38,952 nucleotides of DNA. Origin: a virus. A model generated the notes under the pieces. The model made no database searches. It saw only the letters and a program-made list of their open reading frames with translations, and was not told where the DNA came from. The stretch lies in the UHGV virus genome UHGV-0036741; one strand, written 5' to 3'. A program made the position numbers and the translations under genes. Below, piece after piece: positions 1 to 6,903 of the stretch (position 1 is its first letter; each line of letters starts with the position of its first letter).

Positions 1-1060
1 CCCACTGGATAGCTAGATGGTCCTGTTGCAGCATCGCAGCCGCAGCGCGCTTCTCAATCTCAGCAAAGTTTTGATTGTTGTGGTTCAACCAAACGTTGCG
101 CCAGTGCTTATCTCCCCACACCATACGTGCTCGTGGTTCCATACGGTCACGCTCTCGGCTTGCCATACGAATCTTAGCGAGCGCCCTATCGCAGCGAGCA
201 TCGCGTCTCTTAGCGGCCTTACGCCACTTGCGGCGCTGCTTTCTGCCCTTCTGGAAGTCCCCGTTAGGGTCTCGACGTGCCTTTCTGCGCTTGCAACGGT
301 CGATTGCTTCCTGCGCCTTGATAGCTGCAATCTCAGCGATGAGTTCGTCAGGGTCGCAATGAAACTCGTTAGGCTTGAGCTTGTCGTCTACGCTGAAAGA
401 TACCGGGTCGGTGATGACCAGATTCCCATTGTTGTCTTTCATCATGTTACCGCTGTGACAGTCGAACGAAGCGATGCCCATGAAGAACGTGCGGATATCC
501 TTGCAGGTCTGGATGAATGCCTCACTGATTGGATGCGTATCGGCCCATTCGGTGTCGTTGTACTCAATGATTCCACGCGCTGCATGAAAGTGGTCGCTCA
601 CCTTATCGGTTTCACCCTCACACCACTGGCTAAGAGGCATAAGGTGGTCCAAAACGACCGTGTAACAGCCTGTGTGACGCTGAATGTCGTACACCGTAGG
701 GATACCCTCCCGGCCCTGATTCATGCGGCAGAAGGCAGCGTAGGCAGCGCCTGAGTCCTCTTTCTTGAAGCCTACCTTGATGACCTTGCCCGGTAACAGC
801 GGGTGACAGTAAGCCGCGCTAAAGTGACCGTTACCGAGGCGCACAAAGTCTACATCTGACAGGCGTTCGTAGAGTGTCGCCCAATAGTCCATACTTTCCA
901 GCGCCTTGTTGCCAGCGGCTTGAGTCAAGGCACCATCCATAGTCTCATCGTTCACTATGGTAGCCAGCAGTTCAACCAGCATAGGCTGGCGCTTATCGAG
1001 TTCACAGATAGGCAGGTTGCGGATAGCTTCGAGTGCGGCTTGTGCTTCGGTGTAAGTCAT
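1..1060 (-). CDS. 0.7: Gene 0.7 protein kinase / host transcription shut-off protein, N-terminal 353 codons (continues across the circular join to 38952)
   Basis: Minus-strand translation MTYTEAQAALEAIRNLPICELDKRQPML...GNGHFSAAYCHPLLPGKVIKVGFKKEDSGAAYAAFCRM... aligns closely with T7/T3 gp0.7. ATG at 1060. The frame is still open at position 1. Confidence 0.85.
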   Translation of the reverse strand, partial: MTYTEAQAALEAIRNLPICELDKRQPMLVELLATIVNDETMDGALTQAAGNKALESMDYWATLYERLSDVDFVRLGNGHFSAAYCHPLLPGKVIKVGFKKEDSGAAYAAFCRMNQGREGIPTVYDIQRHTGCYTVVLDHLMPLSQWCEGETDKVSDHFHAARGIIEYNDTEWADTHPISEAFIQTCKDIRTFFMGIASFDCHSGNMMKDNNGNLVITDPVSFSVDDKLKPNEFHCDPDELIAEIAAIKAQEAIDRCKRRKARRDPNGDFQKGRKQRRKWRKAAKRRDARCDRALAKIRMASRERDRMEPRARMVWGDKHWRNVWLNHNNQNFAEIEKRAAAAMLQQDHLAIQW

Positions 1061-1087
1061 CGTTAGGTGTCCTTCAAGAGTTGGAGT

Positions 1088-1252
1088 TTATGACAGAGAG
1101 TTTAAAATCAGACGTGCTTCTTTGATTGCTCGCGCCACCTTACGGGCAGGCAGACGCTTGCGGCCTAATGTCTTGCGTAACTTATGACCACTGGCACCAT
1201 AAGCCATTGCATACAGTGCTGTCTTAGTCAAGCGATTAATGCGTGGCAACAT
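1088..1252 (-). CDS. Small basic protein (gene 0.65-like; 54 aa from the internal ATG, or a +1-frame continuation of 0.6A analogous to 0.6B)
   Basis: ORF-track ORF 1088..1297 with an internal ATG at 1252 preceded by AGGTGG. K/R-rich. Overlaps the 3' end of the 0.6A-like ORF in the +1 frame. Confidence 0.35.
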   Translation of the reverse strand: MLPRINRLTKTALYAMAYGASGHKLRKTLGRKRLPARKVARAIKEARLILNSLS

Positions 1253-1433
1253 AAAATATACCCACCTTGTTTGCCTTAAAGCGTCCGTTGCGTTCACGGA
1301 CCGTAAACCGTGGGATGAATCCCCACTTAAAGTAGCTTAGCGTTGCCTTGTGTACGACCAGACCGCGCTTAAAGTCTCGCATAAAGTACATAGCGATGCA
1401 CAGATAGACCAGTGCAATGAAGAGTGTAAACAT
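1236..1433 (-). CDS. Gene 0.6A-like small protein with an N-terminal hydrophobic helix
   Basis: 65-aa ORF with a GGAGA RBS 4 nt upstream of ATG 1433. Position between 0.3 and 0.7 matches T7 gene 0.6. Confidence 0.45.
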   Translation of the reverse strand: MFTLFIALVYLCIAMYFMRDFKRGLVVHKATLSYFKWGFIPRFTVRERNGRFKANKVGIFYVATH

Positions 1434-1448
1434 AGTGTCTCCGTAATG

Positions 1449-1491
1449 TCAATCATAAAGGCCACCAGTGCGATGACCTTGAGTTTAACAC
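1449..1491 (-). promoter_or_regulatory. RNase III processing hairpin (R0.5-like)
   Basis: Member of the conserved family AATCATAAAGGCCAC...GACCTTGAGTTTAACAC seen at 8 sites in this genome. Confidence 0.5.
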
Positions 1492-1647
1492 TTACCAATC
1501 ACGTGCATCTAACCATAGGCGTGTCCCATTTGGAAGCCTACCGAAGCCGTGTTGCTGCCTAAAGCGCTTCCTTGCGTCCCGTTCGTTGATGCCGTAGCAG
1601 GTCAGAGAGCAAGCGAAGCCCGGTACATTGATGTAATAGCGATTCAT
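1492..1647 (-). CDS. Hypothetical 51-aa early protein (gene 0.4/0.5 position)
   Basis: ATG at 1647, four nt after the SAM lyase stop. Basic and Cys-containing, with no recognisable similarity. Its position corresponds to the T7 0.4-0.5 region. Confidence 0.35.
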   Translation of the reverse strand: MNRYYINVPGFACSLTCYGINERDARKRFRQQHGFGRLPNGTRLWLDARDW

Positions 1648-1651
1648 AGTA

Positions 1652-2110
1652 TTAAGCCACCTGCCAGCGACGACCGAACTCATCAATCGTAAAGTTCCCT
1701 TTGAGCGGTGCGCCTTTTGGTACTTCCTGTAAGGAGCCTTTGAGACGTGTCGCTTTGTACCCGATGATACCGTTAGCCTCTAAAAGTCCAGCCGTGTGAG
1801 TCTGTGATTTGTAGACCAGTACGCAATCTTGGTCCCACTCAGTGCAGGCCAGACGTGCAACCGCTAAGCATTGTTGTTTATCCTTGCAGCGTACACGGAT
1901 GGTTTTCTCTTCGGATGGAGCGCTAGCGATAGATTCACGGTAACATCCAGTCAAGTCTGTAGACTCTACGGACCCATAGATGCCCGGTGCGTTACGCAGA
2001 TTGTTCACTAAGTGACGGTGACGACTCATGTTAACTTCATCGTCGAGGTTAGAACGGAAAGCTGACACCAGTACATAGAAAACATTAGCAGGCTCTTTGG
2101 TGAAAATCAT
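1652..2110 (-). CDS. 0.3: S-adenosylmethionine lyase/hydrolase (T3-type gene 0.3 anti-restriction protein), 152 aa
   Basis: MIFTKEPANVFYVLVSAFRSN...FTIDEFGRRWQVA matches T3 SAMase in sequence and length. AAGGAA RBS. It is the first gene after the sigma70 promoters. Confidence 0.85.
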   Translation of the reverse strand: MIFTKEPANVFYVLVSAFRSNLDDEVNMSRHRHLVNNLRNAPGIYGSVESTDLTGCYRESIASAPSEEKTIRVRCKDKQQCLAVARLACTEWDQDCVLVYKSQTHTAGLLEANGIIGYKATRLKGSLQEVPKGAPLKGNFTIDEFGRRWQVA

Positions 2111-2135
2111 GATGTGATTCCTTTGGTTTAGTGAG

Positions 2136-2212
2136 TGAATATCATAAAGTGCCCTGTAAGCGCCCATTTTAGGCCCGTCTCGCGGTAGCTTTCAGTCGCA
2201 CTTGAGTTATTC
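2136..2212 (-). promoter_or_regulatory. RNase III site R0.3-like hairpin in the 0.3 leader
   Basis: ATCATAAAGTGCCC ... GCACTTGAGTTATTC inverted arms upstream of 0.3. Confidence 0.4.
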
Positions 2213-2289
2213 GCTTATAAGGTACACTCAAGAGCTATTTATCCAGATTGTTAAAGAGCAGTTCGGTCTGGTTTCGTTAGACCTAGCGC

Positions 2290-2318
2290 ATTATAGCGTT
2301 ACGCATCGCAAGAGTTAT
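2290..2318 (-). promoter_or_regulatory. Candidate host sigma70 promoter (perfect -10 TATAAT, weak -35)
   Basis: Minus strand CGCTATAATGCG. The -35 element 17 nt upstream is poor (ATAACT). Confidence 0.3.
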
Positions 2319-2354
2319 CATATGTGTGTTAGCTCATCGCTAACTTGTGGTGCC

Positions 2355-2383
2355 ATCCTACCGTGTTTTCGTTACCGTGTCAA
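2355..2383 (-). promoter_or_regulatory. Host sigma70 early promoter (A2/A3-like)
   Basis: Minus strand TTGACA, 17-nt spacer, TAGGAT. Confidence 0.6.
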
Positions 2384-2560
2384 CGCTTAGTTTAACTAGA
2401 AGATAACTTTAAGCCGCTCCGCGTAGTTCCTTCTGCAATCTTCCATTAGCGCATTGCTACGCTATACTGGCTAGACCATTCAACCTATCGGGCTACTCAG
2501 TGACGCTTCACAGCGTGGTTACTTTAGGTAGTGTCGTTAGGCTGTTGCCCTTCAACGAGA

Positions 2561-2593
2561 CGAATAATAACCTTAAAGGATTCTTTAAGTCAA
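2561..2593 (-). promoter_or_regulatory. Host sigma70 early promoter (A1-like)
   Basis: Minus strand TTGACT TAAAGAATCCTTTAAGGT TATTAT. The -35 element and downstream sequence resemble T7 A1 (TTGACTTAAAGTCTAACC). Confidence 0.6.
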
Positions 2594-2656
2594 CACTTAA
2601 TTATCATAAATCTTTAAATCATTAATTCCCTATAAAGAGAGACTTTACGTAGACCT

Positions 2657-2679
2657 ATTCCCTTTAGTGAGGGTTAATT
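2657..2679 (-). promoter_or_regulatory. T3-type phage RNAP promoter phiOL
   Basis: Plus strand TATTCCCTTTAGTGAGGGTTAATT, the reverse complement of the T3 consensus. Lies near the left genome end. Confidence 0.85.
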
Positions 2680-2745
2680 GATTTGATGATGGATAACTAC
2701 AGGGCGTCAATATGGGTCATCAATGGGTCTTATCGGTCTGGTTAA

Positions 2746-2942
2746 CTTTAGGGTAGCGCTGCTTTAGGTGATGGCTTTAGGGTTTACTTTAGGGTGATAC
2801 CTTAAGAGGGTAACAGATAGGGACACATAGAGGACTACATATAGTGTCATCAAGTCCCATTAAGCCCAACATATAGTAACATTAGGCCACCATCACTTTA
2901 GGTATTGACTTTAGGTCACACCATAGGATACACTTTAGGCCA
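2746..2942 (-). repeat. Left-end short repeat array (minus-strand ACCTAAAG / CCCTAAAG 7-8-mers, at least 7 copies)
   Basis: Plus-strand CTTTAGG(G/T) recurs at about 2746, 2762, 2775, 2787, 2896, 2909 and 2934, as in the T7 SRL elements. Confidence 0.7.
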
Positions 2943-3031
2943 TACCCAAGGTAAACCGAAGGGGTAGGGCTGTTCTTTGGGTGACTTGAAGAGGGCTATG
3001 GGGGGTATACTGAAAGTTTAAACTATGAGAT
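2819..3031 (-). repeat. Terminal repeat (single collapsed copy, about 213 bp). The left genome end corresponds to minus-strand TCTCATAGTTTAAAC... starting at 3031.
   Basis: The minus strand from 3031 reads TCTCATAGTT.... The internal boundary ...TGTGTCCCT|ATCTGTTAC at 2819 is nearly identical to the T7 TR/unique boundary (CTCTCTGTGTCCCT|ATCTGTTAC). Confidence 0.45.
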
Positions 3032-3068
3032 ACTCACAGAGATTTTTGTGGTAAATTCTTAAAGGGTC

Positions 3069-3185
3069 TCTTTAGGCTGACTCTTTAGGTAAGGCCACAC
3101 CTTTAGGTATGACCGTAGGAGACACCAGAAGACCCTGTAGGCCATAGCGAACTACAGGGCATCTTTAGGTATTACCCTTTAGGCT
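3069..3185 (-). repeat. Right-end short repeat array (CCTAAAG family, at least 5 copies) between gene 19.5 and the terminal repeat
   Basis: CTCTTTAGG / CCTTTAGG at about 3069, 3082, 3101, 3163 and 3176. Confidence 0.7.
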
Positions 3186-3270
3186 TGACTCTATAGGGAT
3201 GAGGTGGTGTAGTGACAACTATACCTCCGAATCCCTCGGTGGTCACAGGCGTCGGTCTCCCAGCAGCAAC

Positions 3271-3420
3271 TTAATCGCCACAAGAGAGTAGAGAGCAAAA
3301 GGCCATTTCCAGTGGACCGAGGTGGTCAGTAAGAGATGCGTACCCAAGGGAAGCACCAAGTACAATAAGAAATCGCCAAGTGACTCTATGACGCAGCAGG
3401 GCAATCAGCAAGCGTAACAT
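3271..3420 (-). CDS. 19.5: Gene 19.5 protein (49 aa)
   Basis: MLRLLIALLRHRVTWRFLIVLGASLGYASLTDHLGPLEMAFCSLLSCGD matches T7 gp19.5 MFRLLLNLLRHRVTYRFLVVLCAALGYASL.... AAAGGAGG RBS. Located between phiOR and the TR as in T7. Confidence 0.7.
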   Translation of the reverse strand: MLRLLIALLRHRVTWRFLIVLGASLGYASLTDHLGPLEMAFCSLLSCGD

Positions 3421-3564
3421 GAGCCACCTCCTTTGGTTTGCTCTTAGTGTAAGGTGGTTGTATTAATAACAATACCACCATAACAAGAAGGGAACCTAAA
3501 GTACCTATAGTATACTTATGCAGTATGCACTTGAATATAGCTTATAGTTAACTTTAGGTTCCCC

Positions 3565-3587
3565 TCTCCCTTTAGTGAGGGTTAATT
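3565..3587 (-). promoter_or_regulatory. T3-type phage promoter phiOR
   Basis: Plus strand TCTCCCTTTAGTGAGGGTTAATT, an exact reverse complement of the consensus. Confidence 0.85.
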
Positions 3588-3664
3588 ACAAGTGTCTGTA
3601 ATATAAGGAAATTGTTGGAGTTACCTTCCGTGGTCTCAATGCATCCTTATGCACTCCAACTGCA

Positions 3665-5428
3665 TTACCAGTCAAGGAACCTATCGCTGTTAACGTCATC
3701 GTCTTCCCAATAGAGTTCCATACCGTCAACCATAGCGGTGACAACATGACCGTGGGAGTGGATGGCGTTCTCCATGTGTTCCTCAAGGAATGCCTCAAGG
3801 ACCTCAGCTTCCACCTTCACGCTGTCCAGTTCCATCGTAGAGCGTAAGAACTCGACACCTAATGCCAATGCGTCAAGTCGGTCATCGTGGGCCACAGCGC
3901 CCTTCTCACGAGCCATACGGGTCATCTGGTAGAACAGCGAGTAGCGAACGTCGTGCTTACCATCAGCGTCACGCGCAGTCTGGTAGTCCTCGCGGATAAC
4001 CTCATCACGAATGACAAGACGGTGAGTAGACAGGACAGGCTCTAAGGTATCACAAATGCGAAGCTCCTTCATGCCACGCGCTCGGATTTCCTCAAGCTGC
4101 GCTGGGTGATGTTTCAGTAGCACCGGGCTAAAGACCTTCCCGAACATACCGTCACCGAAGTTACTCTCAAAGACTACCGTCTGGACCTTCCACTGCTTGG
4201 CCTTCTTAGCGAGAGACTCAAGGGTTCTGTCGGAGTAACCATCACGGAAACCACCAGCTTCCATCAGGTAGATGTAGCCGTTCAACGTGAACAAGACAGC
4301 ATAACCAGTCTCATCCTTACCGCGACCACTAGGGTCAATCACTAGGATGCGCTGTTGGTACGCCCCGGAGTTCTGGCTCACGGAATGATAACTATGAATG
4401 TCATCACCCTTAAGGCCAACGTTAGGAAGCTCTTCATTGCGATTCTGACGGTTCGGAAGCCACTGGTAATGCATCGGGGCCTTCTCGAAGTCCAGACCGC
4501 ACACGATAGCGTCACGGAGGCGTAACGGGTACTTCTCGGCGTCACTAAGGTTCGGGTTGAGCATGAACTGTAAAGTGAAGCCAGCCTTACCGTATTCCAA
4601 CTCACGTTCCCGGAGGTCGTCCATATCGAATCGAATCGGGTCAGTAGGTTGGCCTTGTAGCATCTCGAAGCCTTCGTCGTACTCGCCCTTGAGCATTGGC
4701 GCTAAGCGCTCCCCATAGTACAGGGCCTCTTCGCGGGTTCGCGGATAGAGAGCAGGCCAGATGATTGTGGTGTACCCACGGTTGTCCTCAAGCTCCTTGT
4801 AGAGCGTCATTTCGGTCTGCGGTGTACCAAGGTAGATTACGCGGGAAGTCGGCAGAGGTTTGAGCAGAGCCGCAAATTCCTGTACCAGAGTCCACAGTTT
4901 CTCACGAGCACCTTGAGTGGCACTGTTCGATGGAATCTCAACGTCATCCGCAATGATGATATCGGCACGACTACCAGTCAACTGACCAGTAATACCTACC
5001 GACTTCACAGACGGAGAGTGGTCAGGTTTGGCGGGGCCAACATCGAAACTAATCACAGAGTCACGCTGACCGGGGCGAGGCTTAAGCTCAGCCAAGAAGG
5101 GCAGCAGGTCGATGATGTTCTTGATGAAGATGGAGTTAGCATCCGCACGTTCTTTCGACGCAGACACAATCAGAATCTTCAATTGAGGGTCACGCCATAA
5201 CGTCCACACAACGAACGCACAGGTGATGAATGACTTCCCGATACCACGGAAAGCCTGTAGGATAAACTTCTTGTTGTCTCCGTTAGCCAAGCATCGTGCC
5301 ATATCAATCTGACACTTAGTCGGCGGCGGGAGAGCCAGAGCCTTCCACAAGACGAACAGGAAGGCCACGAAGTCACCCTTAAGCTGCGCAATGATTAGCG
5401 CATTACGGTTTGCTTGGGTGTCGCTCAT
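3665..5428 (-). CDS. 19: Terminase large subunit / DNA maturase B (gene 19), 587 aa
   Basis: Near-identical to T7 gp19 over the whole length ([29 protein letters not shown]...). Confidence 0.95.
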   Translation of the reverse strand: MSDTQANRNALIIAQLKGDFVAFLFVLWKALALPPPTKCQIDMARCLANGDNKKFILQAFRGIGKSFITCAFVVWTLWRDPQLKILIVSASKERADANSIFIKNIIDLLPFLAELKPRPGQRDSVISFDVGPAKPDHSPSVKSVGITGQLTGSRADIIIADDVEIPSNSATQGAREKLWTLVQEFAALLKPLPTSRVIYLGTPQTEMTLYKELEDNRGYTTIIWPALYPRTREEALYYGERLAPMLKGEYDEGFEMLQGQPTDPIRFDMDDLRERELEYGKAGFTLQFMLNPNLSDAEKYPLRLRDAIVCGLDFEKAPMHYQWLPNRQNRNEELPNVGLKGDDIHSYHSVSQNSGAYQQRILVIDPSGRGKDETGYAVLFTLNGYIYLMEAGGFRDGYSDRTLESLAKKAKQWKVQTVVFESNFGDGMFGKVFSPVLLKHHPAQLEEIRARGMKELRICDTLEPVLSTHRLVIRDEVIREDYQTARDADGKHDVRYSLFYQMTRMAREKGAVAHDDRLDALALGVEFLRSTMELDSVKVEAEVLEAFLEEHMENAIHSHGHVVTAMVDGMELYWEDDDVNSDRFLDW

Positions 5429-5855
5429 TCTGCATCTCCTTAATAGTGTTTTGTAGTGCCCTTACGTGGGCGTCAGCCCTTTGGGTCACTCCGATAATAT
5501 CTTTAGCAGTTGCTTCGTGTAGCTCGGCTCGACCATCAAACTCGCATCGACCGTCACCTTTCGGTTGTCCGGTAAGGGTCTTGATGCGGACTGACAGCCG
5601 CTTATTGTTGTCACGCAAATCAGCAAGCATCCTATCAGTGCTGCCTTCCAGCGCCGCAAGCTCATCTTGGTAATCTTGGGCGACTCGGTTGACTTCTTTT
5701 TGAGTTGCTTCTGTTGCAGCAGTTCTCGCAATGTATTCATTTTGGATTACCTCCTTCCAGTTGGCTTCCTCATGGGTTGACCCTAAGTGCCATCCACCCA
5801 TAAAGAGTGTCCCGGCGAGTACCCAAGGGAGAGCGCTACGTAAAAGTTTAAGCAT
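5403..5855 (-). CDS. 18.5: Gene 18.5 Rz-like inner-membrane spanin (150 aa from the internal Met)
   Basis: [26 protein letters not shown]... matches T7 gp18.5 MLEFLRKLIPWVLAGMLFGLGWHLGS.... Confidence 0.85.
   Translation of the reverse strand: MLKLLRSALPWVLAGTLFMGGWHLGSTHEEANWKEVIQNEYIARTAATEATQKEVNRVAQDYQDELAALEGSTDRMLADLRDNNKRLSVRIKTLTGQPKGDGRCEFDGRAELHEATAKDIIGVTQRADAHVRALQNTIKEMQNERHPSKP
5486..5740 (-). CDS. 18.7: Gene 18.7 Rz1-like outer-membrane lipoprotein spanin, embedded out of frame in 18.5
   Basis: [10 protein letters not shown]...[20 protein letters not shown]... matches T7 gp18.7. Lipobox TISGC. Confidence 0.8.
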   Translation of the reverse strand: MNTLRELLQQKQLKKKSTESPKITKMSLRRWKAALIGCLLICVTTISGCQSASRPLPDNRKVTVDASLMVEPSYTKQLLKILSE

Positions 5856-5900
5856 AACACCTCCCATCCTATTTGTAGATTTCACGTAGATGCACGAAAT

Positions 5901-5943
5901 AACATCCATAAAGGCCACCCGAAGGAGACCTTGAGTATGTCAC
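5901..5943 (-). promoter_or_regulatory. RNase III site R18.5-like
   Basis: AACATCCATAAAGGCCACCCGAAGGAGACCTTGAGTATGTCAC, same family as the other RNase III hairpins. Confidence 0.55.
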
Positions 5944-6004
5944 TTATATGCCATGTGCGTAGTCATCAAGAGCATCATAGTCCTCTTGCGTCCACTCACC
6001 GGGG

Positions 6005-6271
6005 TCACTGCAACGTGTATACGTCATCATCAGTTAACCCATCAGACCCTACGGTCTTCTTGTAGTCCTCCAAGCCCTCAGCGAGACCGCCAAGGATGTT
6101 AGCATCCGGGGTCAGCTTACTGATTTGGAACTTGTGGCGCTCTAACAGTTTGCCAATAGCGTTGTACAACTGCGGGGTACGCTTAGAGTCGTCCTGTAAA
6201 TCCTTAAGCATCCGCTGGGCCATCTCAGTGTCCAGCTTCTCAAGGAACATAATTAAAGTCTTGTCGCTCAT
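6005..6271 (-). CDS. 18: Terminase small subunit / DNA maturase A (gene 18), 88 aa
   Basis: MSDKTLIMFLEKLDTEMAQRMLKDL...GLTDDDVYTLQ matches T7 gp18. Confidence 0.85.
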   Translation of the reverse strand: MSDKTLIMFLEKLDTEMAQRMLKDLQDDSKRTPQLYNAIGKLLERHKFQISKLTPDANILGGLAEGLEDYKKTVGSDGLTDDDVYTLQ

Positions 6272-6275
6272 ATGG

Positions 6276-6479
6276 TTACTCCTTATTTGCACGTTTCCAG
6301 TCAATCATCTTATCGACTACCTTGGCACCAATCTGAACCACTGTGTAGGCGATAGCTGCAACGTAGAACCATTCGTTTAACGATAGGCCCCAAAAGAGTC
6401 GGGCCGCCCCATCAGCGACCCCTGTGCCAACAATCGGCGCAGCCTTAACGACTTCGTTGTTGAAGTCAAAAGATAACAT
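6276..6479 (-). CDS. 17.5: Class II holin (gene 17.5), 67 aa
   Basis: MLSFDFNNEVVKAAPIVGTGVADGAARLFWGLSLNEWFYVAAIAYTVVQIGAKVVDKMIDWKRANKE is about 90 percent identical to T7 gp17.5. Confidence 0.9.
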   Translation of the reverse strand: MLSFDFNNEVVKAAPIVGTGVADGAARLFWGLSLNEWFYVAAIAYTVVQIGAKVVDKMIDWKRANKE

Positions 6480-6491
6480 TATAACACCTCC

Positions 6492-6893
6492 TTATAGTGC
6501 TTTGAGTTCTTCTTGAAGTTTCAGGAGGTCAGCCATAATGTCCTCCTTCGTGCGCTCCTTCGGTTGAGACTTCTTGGGTTCCTGCTTGAAGAACTGTGAG
6601 CCGTCCCAGCGCCAGTACAACACGGACTCCTTCATGGCCTCCGGGATATCCTTAACGACCACCACGGTATCACCACGACGAGGGGCGTACTTACCGCTGA
6701 CACGACCATCGGTTGCCCATGAGGCATAGGTGTTATCCTGAATGCCAACAACCCAACGACCATCAAGGCCGTCAAGCTCATGCATAAGTTCATACCAGTC
6801 GTTGTCCTCAGCGTCCGTGATGATTGCCGCGAAGTCTCCACCGCCAATGTCAGGACCCTTGGCCCACTTCCAGTCCTTATACTCTTTAACCAT
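6492..6893 (-). CDS. Hypothetical 133-aa protein inserted between tail fibre and holin; candidate tail-fibre chaperone or accessory moron
   Basis: ATG 6893 lies 7 nt after TAAGGAGG, which contains the gene 17 stop codon. Its own stop is embedded in the holin RBS. T7 and T3 have no gene at this position. Confidence 0.6.
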   Translation of the reverse strand: MVKEYKDWKWAKGPDIGGGDFAAIITDAEDNDWYELMHELDGLDGRWVVGIQDNTYASWATDGRVSGKYAPRRGDTVVVVKDIPEAMKESVLYWRWDGSQFFKQEPKKSQPKERTKEDIMADLLKLQEELKAL

Positions 6894-6903
6894 TGTGTCC
6901 TCC

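Noticed and set aside
17-754. 245-aa plus-strand ORF at the window start
   Set aside because: It is antisense to the clearly homologous gene 0.7 kinase. All genes in T7-like genomes are on one strand, so this is a shadow ORF.
2801-3262. Possible tandem duplicated terminal repeats at the genome-end junction
   Set aside because: Segments 2801-3031 and 3032-3262 are not similar. Only one TR copy is present, so this is a collapsed or circularised assembly.
2640-3560. CRISPR-like appearance of the reiterated CTTTAGG motifs
   Set aside because: The repeats are 7-8 nt with irregular spacing and no conserved 28-37-nt repeat unit. They are the T7-type short end repeats, not a CRISPR array.
3586-3798. 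70-aa minus-strand ORF overlapping the 3' end of gene 19
   Set aside because: Out of frame with terminase with no RBS, and spans the phiOR promoter. The real gene 19.5 is at 3271..3420.
4378-4605. Minus-strand ORFs nested in gene 19 (4378..4605, 5179..5391)
   Set aside because: T7 annotates 19.2/19.3 inside gene 19, but these have no RBS and no similarity. They are not supportable from sequence alone.
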